The notes below the pieces were generated by a model, which was not told the origin of the DNA, made no database searches, and was given only the letters and a program-made list of their open reading frames with translations. The translations under genes were made by a program, and so were the position numbers. A DNA stretch of 63,954 nucleotides, the filler included, from Aduncisulcus paluster (lineage: Eukaryota): the NCBI GenBank assembly GCA_024181965.1. It is 7 parts of 7 records of this genome, joined end to end, with 100 filler letters (N's around TTAATTAATTAA, not from the genome) between each part and the next. Parts side by side here need not be neighbours in the genome. Positions count along the whole stretch, not along the records: positions 42,016 to 50,230 come from BQXS01011569.1; positions 50,331 to 53,182 come from BQXS01011573.1; positions 53,283 to 55,858 come from BQXS01011574.1; positions 55,959 to 61,662 come from BQXS01011577.1; 3 more parts are not named here. The stretch is one strand, 5' to 3'. Below, piece by piece: positions 46,763-59,938 of this stretch (positions are counted from its first letter, which is position 1; every line of letters begins with the position of its first letter).

Positions 46763-47330
46763 TATATAATATATATATATTGAATAAAAAGGATGTATCC
46801 AAATATAACGGTCTCCAATATTATCGAAGAGATCGTATACACTGAATACACTATTCACATTCTTCTCGATCTTCTGACGAATTTAAGTTAGTCGGATCAG
46901 AGTTTTGGAAATTAATAATTCTCTCATAAAAAAAGTGATATACACAATAAAATAGGTAATATCATTTAGTTTATGATATGAACCAAGAAATAATGGGTCG
47001 TATCACTTGAAAAAAACAAACACCAGAAAAGAGAGAAATAGTCAATTTAGCATAAATTAAACAGGTAAACTAATATCAAAATCAATTAATTTATAAAAAT
47101 AATGCCCAAACAAGGTCGAGATTATCCCCACTAGTCAAGAAATGAAGAAAAAAAAAAAAAACAAAAAGTTCTATTTTATTTCTTATACTCATTTTGAAAT
47201 GTAATCCATTAGTATTTCAGAAATTTCCAAATCTATTGTTGAAAGGAGATTATGTTGAATATGTCAATGATTGTCTTTCTGGGTGATTATTAACAGCGCC
47301 AAAAGAATAAGATTGTATCTACACAACCAT

Positions 47331-47900
47331 TCATTCAGTTTCCATTGTTTTTGCAAGTCCCTTCAGAGCAGCCTTTTTACCCAAAGCCTTGATTTGCTTT
47401 TTGTAATCTCCTTGGCATTTCATGAATCCAATAGCGTTGACCATCCCAAAACCAATTCCCAATATATTCAAAAGAAGGTTATCAAGCTTAAAGCCAAAGA
47501 AATTAACTATTCCGAAAAGAAGCCACAAAATGGGCCACACCCAGAGCCAAATCCAGAACCATGATGAGTCAAATTTACCTATTTCAGCCCCAGCAGATCT
47601 AGATTCGAATAACCATTTTGTAGTGTTATTACTCATTGGAATATTCCAGTATCTTAACCCAACAAGGTATCTACCACATATATTCTTAACTGTCCAAAAA
47701 TCAAAGGCATCACAAAGAATTACAAGGATAAAACCAATGAGACCAAGCCAATTTTTTGTCCAATAAAAGACAATTCCACATATTTTAAAGATACACATGA
47801 AAACTATTGCCACTGGATGAGTTGTCTTTGGAGGCTTCCACTTTTCAACTTCTTCCTCCTCTTTTGTCGGCGTATCCGGTTTTTTTGGTTCGGATGACAT
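47331..47900 (-). CDS. TVP23: Golgi membrane protein TVP23/FAM18 (DUF846)
   Basis: HPVAIVF...FK and DFWTVKNICGRYLVGLRYWN...WLFES signature. Confidence 0.93.
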   Translation of the reverse strand: MSSEPKKPDTPTKEEEEVEKWKPPKTTHPVAIVFMCIFKICGIVFYWTKNWLGLIGFILVILCDAFDFWTVKNICGRYLVGLRYWNIPMSNNTTKWLFESRSAGAEIGKFDSSWFWIWLWVWPILWLLFGIVNFFGFKLDNLLLNILGIGFGMVNAIGFMKCQGDYKKQIKALGKKAALKGLAKTMETE

Positions 47901-48311
47901 TTATATGTTACACAAAAAGCCACTGCCCAATGATCGGTGGATGTGACCGAAGTATTCGGTATTGAATTATTGAAATCGACAATACACAATAACACAATTT
48001 CTCCAATAAAAAAAGAAATCCTTAAAAATATTTTATACCAAATTATCGCAATCGAAGCCTTCGAACTTTTTCTATCCAGCTTTAATGACTGTTCTCAACA
48101 AAAATTGATTCAAATTTTTAATTTTCTTACTTTGTATTTTATTATTACATGGATTAATTCTCCATAATGTTTCATTATTTCTCGAAAAAGTCAAAAAGCC
48201 TCGCTTCGGGTCAATTTCACATTTTGCCATAACATCATTGCATTTATTGCAATAATTTTTTTTTGCTCACCAAATATATTCATCCGTTTCATGATAACAT
48301 AATTTATTCCC

Positions 48312-49079
48312 TCACACGTATTTTGACATCCACATAAATCCATCTCCATAACCCTCTTTACGAATAATAGAACATGTATAAAACTGAAGAGGACGAGTAC
48401 CTTCTGGCAACTTAACCTTTGGATCACGAGTAGTCATCAAATGTCCAATTCCAAGAGCTTCAATGGCTTCAGGAGGGGTAAGGGCACCAGCAAGATCTAT
48501 TTTGTTCCCAAGAATTAAGAAAGCCTTTGATTTTAAATCTGGGGAGGATAATAACTTATGTAATTCCCGCCGACTCTCATCAATCCTTTCACGATCGGCC
48601 AAATCAACCAAATACACAACAGCAGAAGCGTCAAAGTAATATTCAGACCAGGCCTCACGAACAGTCTCATGACCCCCGAGATCAAATGTTTTAAAACGAA
48701 TACGACCGATTCTAACCTCTTCCTCAACTAGAACCAAAATCGAGGGATAAAAATGAATACAAAAACCAAAAAAATAAGAATTCATTACTTTACCCAAAAA
48801 ATAGCCATAAAATATTGGCAAAAACTCCTAATTAAAGAAGAAACATACGAGCGTGACCAGTGGGTCTAATAGCAGCTGTACTGTTATTGACAAGCATATT
48901 TAACAAAGTTGTTTTACCGGCATTATCAAGACCGAGAAAAACCAATTTTCCTTTCTTTTCATAAAGGCCTAGACGGTATACGATTAGTCAAAGTAAAAAA
49001 TCAAAAAAACTTGGAAAACATCGGACAATAACATACCTAAAAAAGATAAAACGTCAAAGAACCAATCGAAGAATCCCAT
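48312..49079 (-). CDS. SAR1: COPII GTPase Sar1; 3 exons (49079-49037, 48968-48849, 48727-48312)
   Basis: Spliced [35 protein letters not shown]...FDLGGH...NKID. Introns 49036-48969 (branch TGACTAAT) and 48848-48728, both GTATGT...TAG. Confidence 0.96.
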
Positions 49080-49388
49080 TGTGTTTCCAAAACACCAAGA
49101 AAAACCTTATTCCATCACCACTCATCCTGATTTAATGTAGGACATCGGATCCAATCTACATCGAATACTACCTCGAATTTTTATTAGAAATATACTTCTT
49201 TTGTTACCAAATATCTTCAAAAACGCATATGTGAAAATGGAATACAATAACTAATTCTACACCATCTCCCAGTCATATTTCTTTTAATTTCCTTTCGCAA
49301 TTTTCCATATGTATTTGAATGTAATTTATTTTGGAAGGTAATACTTTTGTAAATCGGCGATTTCACAATTTCACTCATTTGGAGAACA

Positions 49389-50230
49389 ATGAGTGATTTT
49401 GATGATAGTGAATTTAGTTTTTCAGATGATGACTTTGTAAAAAATAATGAAGAAGATAGTGGATTCTCTTCAGGCTCCTTTGATGATTTTTTTGATGAAG
49501 TGACTTCTATTTCTGAAAAAGCCTCCCCAATCAAAGAAATACCAAAATCTAGAATAGAAACACAATCTCAAACTTGGAAATATCCATCATATTTCAAAAT
49601 AGCATGCATGTCAATATTTGTCCAGGCACCTTGTGATAACCCACAGGTGTCGTACGTAAAATCGCTAAATAGTGGAAAAATCAAGGAAATTGGAACCTTA
49701 TCCACAGAATATGCTGATCATAGCATTCAAACCGATTCAATATGTTCTTATTATGCATTTACCCAAGCTGATCGTGCTACTCAATCATGTCGATGTGGAA
49801 TAATGGATGCTGAAACCGATATATCATCAAACAAACCCCACATAATTAGTAACAAAATCGGTGAAGAATCATTTATACCTCTTAGTGAATGCCATTCAAT
49901 TGTTGATGATTCTGGTGATATTGTTGTTAGTTCACTTGTAAAAAATGAAAAAAAGCGGGAAAAAGATTCTTTATTATCCTTTTTACAAGGTAAAGAGACG
50001 ATATTTTCATTATTCAGGCAGGAAAAGTCTTTTGCCAAAAAACATAAAGAAATAATGAGTCAACAAAATGATTCCGATGTTAAACATTTATCTAGCCCAT
50101 CTACATTTTATATGGATGATATATATGTGAATCAGCGTTCTTATAAGATGAATTCCATCATGTTACCAATATTAACCATAATCTCCTCTCATGTTTTTTG
50201 TAAGATATTATCTCCTCGAGATCTTGATCG
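49389..50230 (+). CDS. Possible dynein-2 intermediate chain (WDR60/DYNC2I1)-like N-terminal fragment, 3' truncated
   Basis: SYVKSL...SIQTDSI..AFTQ...LLSFLQ resembles the WDR60 LC8-binding region (YIRNF...DIQTEEIE...WTQ...LSSFLR). The WD repeats are not in view. Confidence 0.4.
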
Positions 50231-50330
50231 NNNNNNNNNNNNNNNNNNNNNNNNNNNNNNNNNNNNNNNNNNNNTTAATTAATTAANNNNNNNNNNNNNN
50301 NNNNNNNNNNNNNNNNNNNNNNNNNNNNNN

Positions 50331-50902
50331 TTGGCAAATGTATTGTAGATATTCTAGATTTTGCAAGTACGACTGAGGAAATGTTGGTAGCGGCCTTGAA
50401 AGGCCCCTACCCTGTTGGTCGTTCAGGTCTATGTGAAATTGATGGATCTAAAGCATATGGGGATTATCATCATGGTCATAATCATTCTAATTTATTGAAG
50501 TTCTTAAGAGGTGAAAGTTACATCTTTTTCTATCCCAATTTACATCTCCCATTCATTACACCACATTATCTCGGTAAGTTTGTTGTAAGTCATCATAGTC
50601 GGCGATATGGAATCAAAGATTTCAATGTTACATTTACAACATCAGATGGCAAGAAGATCACAAAAGAATATCAAATGGGAAAGATGCCACCAAGATATTA
50701 TTTCTGGCAAGAGTTCCCAATAGATATTGATAATGTTATTTCTTGTGATATTCATGTTATATCAACGCTGGATGAAAGACCAGAAATGATTTATTTGGAT
50801 GGCATTCGATTTGTGATTGACAAGAAGCAAGAGAAAATGAAAGACGCCAAACAGCATGAACTTCCAACAATTGAACGATTGTCGATGTTGCCGTGGTTAT
50901 AG
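50331..50902 (+). CDS. Lineage-expanded ~170-aa domain family, copy 1 (5' truncated)
   Basis: Paralogous to 51297-51863 along its length; shared FTTSxGKKITKEY, WQEFPIDI and TIERLSMLPWL. Confidence 0.75.
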
Positions 50903-51296
50903 CTGATCCTTCATATCATCGTTACCACAAGGATTGAATACAACTTCTTTCCTGATAACAATCATATCGTATGAACCATCACTTCCTGTCATGTCTTGAG
51001 ATATGATGGATGCCATGTGTATATTGTCACTTTCATGTTTATATCGCTGTATTGTCAATAATATCAACAATGTCTGAGTACGCCTTATTTGGAGAACAAA
51101 TGTGTTTACAAAATAAATGATTTATTATCATGTATGTATATTAATAATGATAATAAACATCGATTTTGGATATTATTGTTCTGTTCCAAGACAATTGTAA
51201 AAACGTGTTTTTCCTTGCAATTGGGAGGTTACTGGTGTTTATTGTCTTTTTTTATTTCAATTAAATTTCGATATTTGCGTGCTATTATTGTTTGTG

Positions 51297-51863
51297 ATGA
51301 GAGTTATTGGCAAATGTATCCTAGATATTGCTTGTTGTGATTGGAACTCTTACAAACTGTACCAAGGCCCCTACCCTGTTGATCATCCAGATCTATCTGA
51401 AATTGATGGATATAAAGCATATGGGGATTATTCTTTTGGTCATAATCATTCTAATTTATTGAAGTTCTTAAGAGGTGAAAAATCCATCCTTTTCTATCCC
51501 AATTTACATCTCCCATTTATTACATCTCATTGTCTCAGTAAGTTTCTTGTAAGTCATCATAGTCATCCTGATGGAATCAAAGATTTCAATGCCACATTCA
51601 CAACATCTAATGGAAAGAAGATCACAAAAGAATATCAAATGGGAGAGATAACACCACGGCATCATTTCTGGCAAGAATTCCCTATAGATATTAATAATGT
51701 TATTTCTTGTGATATTCATGTTATATCGTCACTCGATGGAAAACAAGACAATATTTTTTTGTATGGCATTCGATTCGTGATTGACAAAGAACAAGAAAAG
51801 AAGAAGGTCATGGAGTATGAACTTGCAACAATTGAACGATTGTCGATGTTGCCATGGTTGTAG
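51297..51863 (+). CDS. Lineage-expanded ~170-aa domain family, copy 2
   Basis: Tandem paralogue of copy 1 with ATG at 51297. Confidence 0.75.
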   Translation: MRVIGKCILDIACCDWNSYKLYQGPYPVDHPDLSEIDGYKAYGDYSFGHNHSNLLKFLRGEKSILFYPNLHLPFITSHCLSKFLVSHHSHPDGIKDFNATFTTSNGKKITKEYQMGEITPRHHFWQEFPIDINNVISCDIHVISSLDGKQDNIFLYGIRFVIDKEQEKKKVMEYELATIERLSMLPWL

Positions 51864-52165
51864 CCGATCTTTCTCTGCCATAATTGAGTTATCATGGGCA
51901 TTTACACTCTAAAGTGAGTCAAGGCGTGACTTTCTTGACGAAAATCTTCTTATTATTTTTTTTTAATTTTTGAATCTTTTTCTAAGCCCTTATTCAGAGA
52001 ATTATGGATGTTCCTTCAAGCAGTAGCTTGGAGAGGGTGAACTATGTACCTTAACTGTCAAACGACTATTTATGAGAAGATTGACACGCAAGGTAACACG
52101 GGTAAAGTAAATACAAAGGAGTTGATCCAGTCTTCCTCTTTGCAGACAATATCATCATTATCGGA

Positions 52166-53182
52166 TTATTTCCATGGAAGCAGAGATAATCGCTCAATAA
52201 TTTCAATTTCCTCTTGTCTCGTAAAAATAAGGGAGAAGATGCAAAATCTTCGGCTACTCTGTTCACCCCATGTTCTTTTTCCTTCAATCTCACACAAAAC
52301 AACAATATCCAAATCAATAGGAAGGAAATGCCATTCATAGTAATGTTTAGGCTCTGAGAATTCATACTTCTTGTATGTCTTCTTGCCATAACAATCAGTA
52401 AAAGTGAAGAGAAGAGAGAGTAAACTATTAAACATATCCACACAGATATAAGCTCCTTCCATGGGACAAGGTGATGGGAAAGGGATGGAAAGATGGGATG
52501 AGGAGTCTACTCCATATTCCCCCTTTAACATTCTTTGTGCATCTAAACTATTTTCATAATACTTAGATTCCTTACTATACGAATCATCCTTGCACTTAAC
52601 CATTGAGAATGAAGGTTTTACAAGCTTTGGATCATCACGTTGAATGGGAATAGAATCTCTACCTTGAGATTCTTCATCTCCTTCCTTAACAAACTCTGCT
52701 TTCACAACAGGAGCTTCAGACCATAGTTTCTCTCTGGCTTCACGAGCCTTGATTTCTTCATGAGTTTCTTTTCGAAAGAAAACAAGGGAAGAAATACTAA
52801 AATCTTTTTCTTTCTTCCTTGAAATTTCACACAAAGCAACATCAGGGAGATGTATAGGGATTTTATACCAGAATATATCTTTTGTATCTCTCAGAAATTT
52901 GAATCTTTTGGTTGTTGTAACACCTGTTGATGAAGTGAAAGTGAACTTGAGATAGGATGGAATTTCTTCTGGGCATTCAAGGCCATTTAGGCAAATATAA
53001 GCACCTCTTATGCGGGAAGAGGGAGAAAAAGGTATGGAAATCCGGGAAAAAGATTCATAAGAAACAATCCCTTTAAGGAGCCTTTGTGCATGGAGACTTC
53101 CATCATATTTTAGATCAAGGGTTGCTTTGATGGATGGAAAATCTGGACTTACAATATTTGGGACATCTCGAGGAATTGGACA
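52166..53182 (-). CDS. Same domain family, two tandem domains, 5' truncated
   Basis: Frame is open from the scaffold edge. Two units PIxRD...AQRxLKG...SIPF...GAYIC...FTFT...W...PI.L..V.LCEI; ends IIERLSLLPWK. Confidence 0.8.
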   Translation of the reverse strand, partial: CPIPRDVPNIVSPDFPSIKATLDLKYDGSLHAQRLLKGIVSYESFSRISIPFSPSSRIRGAYICLNGLECPEEIPSYLKFTFTSSTGVTTTKRFKFLRDTKDIFWYKIPIHLPDVALCEISRKKEKDFSISSLVFFRKETHEEIKAREAREKLWSEAPVVKAEFVKEGDEESQGRDSIPIQRDDPKLVKPSFSMVKCKDDSYSKESKYYENSLDAQRMLKGEYGVDSSSHLSIPFPSPCPMEGAYICVDMFNSLLSLLFTFTDCYGKKTYKKYEFSEPKHYYEWHFLPIDLDIVVLCEIEGKRTWGEQSSRRFCIFSLIFTRQEEIEIIERLSLLPWK

Positions 53183-53282
53183 NNNNNNNNNNNNNNNNNN
53201 NNNNNNNNNNNNNNNNNNNNNNNNNNTTAATTAATTAANNNNNNNNNNNNNNNNNNNNNNNNNNNNNNNNNNNNNNNNNNNN

Positions 53283-54007
53283 GACAATGATGCGACGTGA
53301 TGCTGATGAGTAAAGATCCCATGTTCTATTTCAAAGAGGGTTGCTAAACGGAGGATGGAGAAGACCATCGATTCGTTCCGATGGATGCTCTCATCATTAA
53401 ACAAAGAATTTCCGAAGGATGTGATCCGATTAAAAGACACACTCGATTGATGGAAATGGTGGGTTTTGTAATACTGCCAGACCCACTTCTTCTGCAAGTG
53501 AGCAATATCGGAGGATGAGGAAGATGGGCCAAGATATACAGCTTTGATGACATTGAATGTGGGCTTGGTCAGAAGCACAGGGGAAATGTTAAAAAATACT
53601 GCGGGGAATAGGGTCTCAGAAGCATCACTGGAAGAGGATGATGATTCTGAAGAACTAGATTCTGACCCAGAGGAACTGGAGTCTGATTCGGAGGAACTGC
53701 TATCGTCTTCGTCACGTGGAAGACCAATGACAATGGAAGAGTTGAGAGTTCTCCTTTCACCATCGTTTAAGTAAGGGAGAGAGATGGTGGATGTACACGG
53801 ACAAGCAGCACCAGAGACATATGAAGCTAACTCTAAACATTCTTTAACATCACACTCGAGGACATAGAAGAATGTGTTTTTTTGTGAAAGACCGGCAATC
53901 GGATGGAGGGCTTGATTGATGTTCCAATCGCAAAAAGATCCAATAAGAAGGGGATAATCTCGAGAGCAGGTTACTGACACAAATATGGGGATAATTTTAT
54001 CTTTCAT
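53283..54007 (-). CDS. Protein with an N-terminal CBM48/AMPK-beta-like carbohydrate-binding motif, 3' truncated
   Basis: LLIGSFCDWN resembles the VxGSFxxW motif of glycogen-binding domains. Confidence 0.4.
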
Positions 54008-54731
54008 GATAATATTGTCCGCCAAGGAAAGGAGTTCTAGGTCAAAGCTCTCAATCCCCAACTTGGAATCCCCTATTTGTTACTAATTATAGAAAGATTT
54101 TTAAAAAATGGAATTTAAAAAATAAAATATCATTGAATGATTTGTTTTTATTACTATTGGGATATTTAGAATTTTTGATTTCGTTTTGGTGTGAACGGTG
54201 CAAATTATCAATACATTACATGAACTTATTTTTTAAATGGTTTTTTAGAATTTCTTTGATCATTTCTTATAACCTCTGGTGTGTTTCTTGAGGTCTTTCT
54301 TCCAAGTCACTTTGATAGGTTACGGTAAACTAGAGGCTAGGTACGGTACCTAATTTTGGTATTCTCCAACATTGTTACGATGAATATGGTCATTTTTTCA
54401 TGATTTTTTCGGCCAATTCACTATTTTATTTTGAATCGAAATATTTTGATCATATCTAAGATATTATCTTAGATATCTACATCCTCAGGATTAGATAGGC
54501 TATCTGAATGATTCAAATCATATCGTAATGGTCAGGAAAGCTTAAGAAAAATATTTTATTCATGCCATAGTGAATGAGTTTGAAAAAACACAACGAGAAT
54601 AAATAAATCCATTTAAAATGAAACTTATAATTCTTAGTAATTTCATAAACCTGCTTGAAGGGCATATTATAAACTTTATAATATAAAGAAAAGTTGTATT
54701 ATTATTGAAGTAAGTTGAGGTACCCTCAGTC

Positions 54732-55858
54732 CTATCTGCTTCCACCAAATGAGAAGAACATGTGGTTATCACTACTGCTGAAGTCCCCATCAAGCCCTGC
54801 CCCAAACCGAAGAGGAGCGTTGTCCCCCATCAGTGTGGCAGACACATTGGATGTGGTTGGAGGCAGCCCTATTGATTCGGATGGAGCTCCAATGGAACTG
54901 TTTGATGTTGGTTTGTTGGAGGCAAACAGCCCATCGGCAACTCCTCCTCCCCCAACACTCATGTGATCCATCCCAAGCGTACTTCCACTCAGACCCGCAT
55001 CAGATCCGAGACCTCGATGGAGATTTATATCCGAACCGAATGAAATGGGACGGTCAAATGTAAATGGCTCTCTGTCAAGATCTGTATGATGATCTCTGTT
55101 GTATACTCCTGCATCACTGTGGGCATGGGAAGAGAGAATATCGCTACAACTCTGACTGAACGCATCGTCTCTATCCACAACATCTCGCAGCCCTTGATCG
55201 TGAGAAGATCCGCCAATGTGATGGAAGGAACCAAAAGATCCAGTAGAAGTCGAGGCCAAAAGGCCATGCTCACCACGTATATCCCCAAGAAGGAGTGAGG
55301 AGGAAGGCTCCGGTGATGGATGACGTGACGATGGCACTGATATGAACCCATCCATCACAATCTTGACCTGGGAATCGTGTGCGGAGTGGATGAGAGGTTG
55401 TTTGCTATGAATATGGTGGTGGTGGGGAGATGCAGGCAAGGAAAGGCAACGATGAGAATGACTGGGAAGAGAAGGGGGGGAGAGAGAGAGTTTATGGCCA
55501 CTGCTTCCAAGTGTACTGTTGGAAGGAGGCGGTAACATAAGCCCATGTGACCCTGAATCGAGAACAGAGCCGCCTAGGGGAAGGTCTGGGTTAGAAAATG
55601 ATTGAAACATTGGAGAAGCGTGTGGATCTTGATCAAGGAGAGACGACATGCCGTTGGAAGTGAAAGAAGCGGGAGCAAAATCACTTGGAACAGTGGAAGA
55701 GGACACCTCAGACTTCCCATGAGCGTTGGTAACATCTGTGGAAGTTGGCTTAGAAGAGGAGGAAGAAGAGGTATGATGAGAGGAGGAGGTACTTCCGTGT
55801 GACGATGGAAGAGGAGGTTTCTTCTTGTTAATATTGTTAGAACCGCTGGATTTGGAAC
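54732..55858 (-). CDS. Ser/His/Gly-rich disordered protein, C-terminal fragment
   Basis: Frame is open from the scaffold edge to TAG at 54732. Confidence 0.55.
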
Positions 55859-55958
55859 NNNNNNNNNNNNNNNNNNNNNNNNNNNNNNNNNNNNNNNNNN
55901 NNTTAATTAATTAANNNNNNNNNNNNNNNNNNNNNNNNNNNNNNNNNNNNNNNNNNNN

Positions 55959-58900
55959 CAACGATAAATGTAACAATGCATCCAGAAAACCCTTTCCCAA
56001 GCATCTTCAAGCCACTGAACATTGAAGTAAAAGGAATGTGATTCTTTTTCAGGTCAGAGGATTGAACTTGATATATTGATGGATCGCGTGATAGGAATCT
56101 TTCAACAATCTTGGTAGAAAATCCATCAAAAGAAGAAGAAGAAGAAGAAGAAGAAGAAGAAGAAGAAGAAGAAGAAGGTGAGTGTTCTATTTTTAGATCT
56201 TCAAGCGACTTGCATTGATCCTCAATATTAATACAAGAAGGACGACAATAATGGTCGGATGAAAGGGTATCTATTTTTGTCAATTCTGAGAAACAAGAGA
56301 TTGAACCGAGTTCGCTTCCAATAATATCATCCCCGAAGTGAATTCCGATAAGTTTCCCCTTTAAATCCTTCTCAATGGATATATAGGCACTCTTGGAGTC
56401 GTTGGAACTCAAATAAAGATGCAAACTCGGCAATGCCCTGGAATATGACATCCTTTCCTTCGAGTAACGTTCAACTTCATCCTTACATATTTCAATATGG
56501 AGAACTTTCCTATGAGGTGCTTTTCTTAGTTTTCTTCGCATATATTTCAAAACAGGAGTTGGTCCAATTGTGAAGGCAGTAACACTCGGGGATACATGAA
56601 TGGGAATAATAATACTAGATCCAGACTCCAATGCAAGCTTCTTTTGCAGTGTGAGAGAGGCTCGGAACAATGGAGAAGGATCTCGACCAATGGATTCAAT
56701 ACTGACACTGTCCCTTTGACTTTCTGAAATAACAGTGACAGCTGCACCGAAACTCACACTTCTCCTATGAGAATCTTTCACACTGTCTTTCTTCTTTTGT
56801 TCTGTATGTTGTTGCATGTGTGTTTCTACAGTCTCATATTTTCCTGATTCAGTACAACTATCATTATCTTGAAGACTTTTGGTGCTGGATAAGGGAGTTG
56901 AAGGTATTGAAATGACATGTCTATCAATGGTTGTTGTTGGAGAATGTACAACATCAAAATAATCTTCATCATCTTTCTCTTGCTCTTCTTCTTCAATAAC
57001 TTCTACTTCTTCTTTTGGAATGGCTTGGTCACTGAAGGTTGGAGATCTTGGTGGAAGGTCCTCAATTATCCTCAATTCATCATCAGATATAGCCTCTCCA
57101 GCTGTCGAATCATTCACTTCTCCTCTCTCTCTTTTCTCTTCCTCTGATTGTTGATGTAAAGGTGAGTGTGCTTTAAGAGAAAGGATAATGTCACTGATTG
57201 ATCCATTTTTAGATATTCTATATTTAGTCGGCGAACCATGACCATCAACATTCTCTTCCTCTTCCTCTTCCTCTCTCTCTTCTTCTTCTTCCTCTTCTTC
57301 CTCTTCTTCCTCTTCCTCGTATTCTTGTTCTTTTCGAAGACGCCATTCTTCCATTATTGTTCCTCCTTGTTGTTGCCTAGTTCTATAAATATCTTCCTGA
57401 GAAACAATATTATCCTCCTCTATAAGAGTTTCTTTGGGAAAAACAGCACTGTCCTGAGGTTTCACAGCTTCTTCTCTTTCTCTCTCTCTCTCTTCTTCTT
57501 CTTCTTCTTCTTCTTGGATCTTTTCACAAGTTAAAGGAGGTATTTCTTGTTCTTTTCCGTCCAATTCTTCCGACATAGCCATTCCATGTTGTCTTTCTTC
57601 TTCTTTTCTTTCTTCAACATCATTACCAAACCCCAAAGCAGAGCGTAATCTTGCCTTCATTTCGGCTGCTGTCTTAACAGGTGGAATATAACCTGTCCTA
57701 ATAACATGACGAGGTGCCGAAAGATGCTTTGAGATTGAATGGTTGACCAATGAATGCACATCTTTGTATTTCGTATGAATAAGACTACGACTAGAATCAT
57801 CAGGTTGCTGCTGTTTCTGTCGTTTTTGAGTTGTGTCAGTCCTTTTCGTTGTCTTGGGGAGGATTAAGGAAATATTACTGGAACTGGTCATAGGAATACG
57901 ACCACTGTTTCTCGAGAATGTATGAGATGGGCTATTATTAGAACTATGAGAAAATGAGGTTGTTGTTGAACAACGAAGAGCAGCGGCAGGAGTGGTTTCA
58001 TCGGCTTCATCAAGAAGAGACATAGATTTCTCAAACATTCGTTGTCTCCGAATACGATTCTTCTCAGCATCGCTATAAATAGCANNNNNNNNNNNNNNNN
58101 NNNNCTCGAGAATGTATGAGATGGGCTATTATTAGAACTATGAGAAAATGAGGTTGTTGTTGAACAACGAAGAGCAGCGGCAGGAGTGGTTTCATCGGCT
58201 TCATCAAGAAGAGACATAGATTTCTCAAACATTCGTTGTCTCCGAATACGATTCTTCTCAGCATCGCTATAAATAGCATCTGATGATGGCTGGCCAATTG
58301 TTGATAATGTTTTAATGGAAGAAGGTCTTCCCGATGATCTTCTCCCAGATGTTGGTTTTGAACCAGTAGTCATTGTGGCAGCTCTTCCTCTTCCTTCTTG
58401 CTTTGTGGACAAGGGGATAGTCCTGGTAATTCCCTGTTTAATTTTACCTTTAGAATCAGAGAAGGCCGGTTTCTTCTTTGACTTTGCTCTCCTCGGCATC
58501 GTTCCTGAAGTCGAAGATGCCATTTTCTTTCTATTATTCCCAGATGACTTAGAGGAGGAGGAAGAAGAAGACGCTGAATAGCCCAATTGTGACATTGTAA
58601 GTTGCTTGGCATCATGTTCTCTTCTATCTCTCTCTTCTTCTCTTAACAATTGCTCGTGAAACTCAGGACTCTGCTCTTTGCATTTTCTTTCACTTGAAGT
58701 GGAGTGTTGTGAAGGAGTAGCCTGTGAAATATGGGACATATATGTTGGTTGGATGGATTGATGATGTTTGGGCACGACCGAAGAGCCCTTTGATAATCTT
58801 CTACTCATTATTTCTTTCTTTTCACGCTGCATCCACTTCATGGGGTCCTGACCCACAAATACATTTTCACAGAGACAAGAATCCTTGGGAAGAGGAGTAT

Positions 58901-59579
58901 AAAACACCCGTTCATAAAATTCAATGTCATTTTCCGTTGCTAATCTGTCACTTTGCTGGATTATGGAATCAATATCACTGGACTCATAATAACAGGGAAA
59001 TTCATCAATATTATCATATGAACGTGAATATGCGGTATGAATATCGTCAAAATATTGTCCAATTTCAGTCAAAATATCTTCTATATCAGAACTTTGTTTC
59101 TTTGCATGCTTAATCCCAAAATATTCAAATTGCTTGCCATTTGGTTTAGATGACGTATCAAGTTCTTTTGGATACCGTGAAATAGTGCTTGAAGTTTTGG
59201 AAATTAAACGAGCTTGAGCCTGAAAAAGGAGGTTTTGAGTTTCTCGTAGCGTATCCTCATAACATTTCTTTGAAACTTTATATTCCGGATCAGAAAGTGG
59301 ATTACAATATCTTTTGAGTAACGTTTGTGGCTTTGCAGCAATATATGGACACTTTGTTGAACCGGAAATATGTTGAGGTTGTATTGATTGTTTTGGGGAA
59401 ATTTTTTTATGCAAATCTGATAAATAATCGTCTTTATCTCTGGTTGAAATACCAGATTCTGGATTTTGTTGAGAATAATGCCCAGAATGCCTCTGGGTTG
59501 TTTTGGTGAAGCGTAAAACTGCATTTAGACTTTCTCCAACGCTTTTTCCAAGCTTTGAAGAATTGGTATAGCCATGCAT
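55959..59579 (-). CDS. Large hypothetical low-complexity protein, split by gap 58085-58104 and 3' truncated
   Basis: ORFs 57888-59579 and 55903-58038 overlap through duplicated gap flanks; poly-E and poly-S tracts. Confidence 0.65.
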
Positions 59580-59938
59580 TACCCCGATAGTTGTCTATAT
59601 TGCTTCAAAAAAGCCACTTTCCAATTCACAAAATGTTGGATGGAATATTTTGAGTTTTAGTGGGATAAATCAAATTAATATTTCCTATATATATATATTT
59701 AGTTTAACATTTTATTGTTAGTATTACCTTTCATTAGATAGAATCGAAAGATGAATATAGTATTGAATCTTCAATTTACAAAATTGATGTTGGACATTAC
59801 TGAAATAATAAAGCTGTAAATATCCAATTTCAGTATTTATTGCAGGAATATAATTCCTATGTTTTTGCTATTCATAAAATCAACATTTGCCATAGAGATA
59901 CATTTATAAAATTCATTTTTACGTTATAATTTATATTT

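Noticed and set aside
50331..51863. Diversity-generating retroelement template/variable pair
   Set aside because: Mismatches are not restricted to adenines in either copy, both copies are coding, and no reverse transcriptase is in the window.
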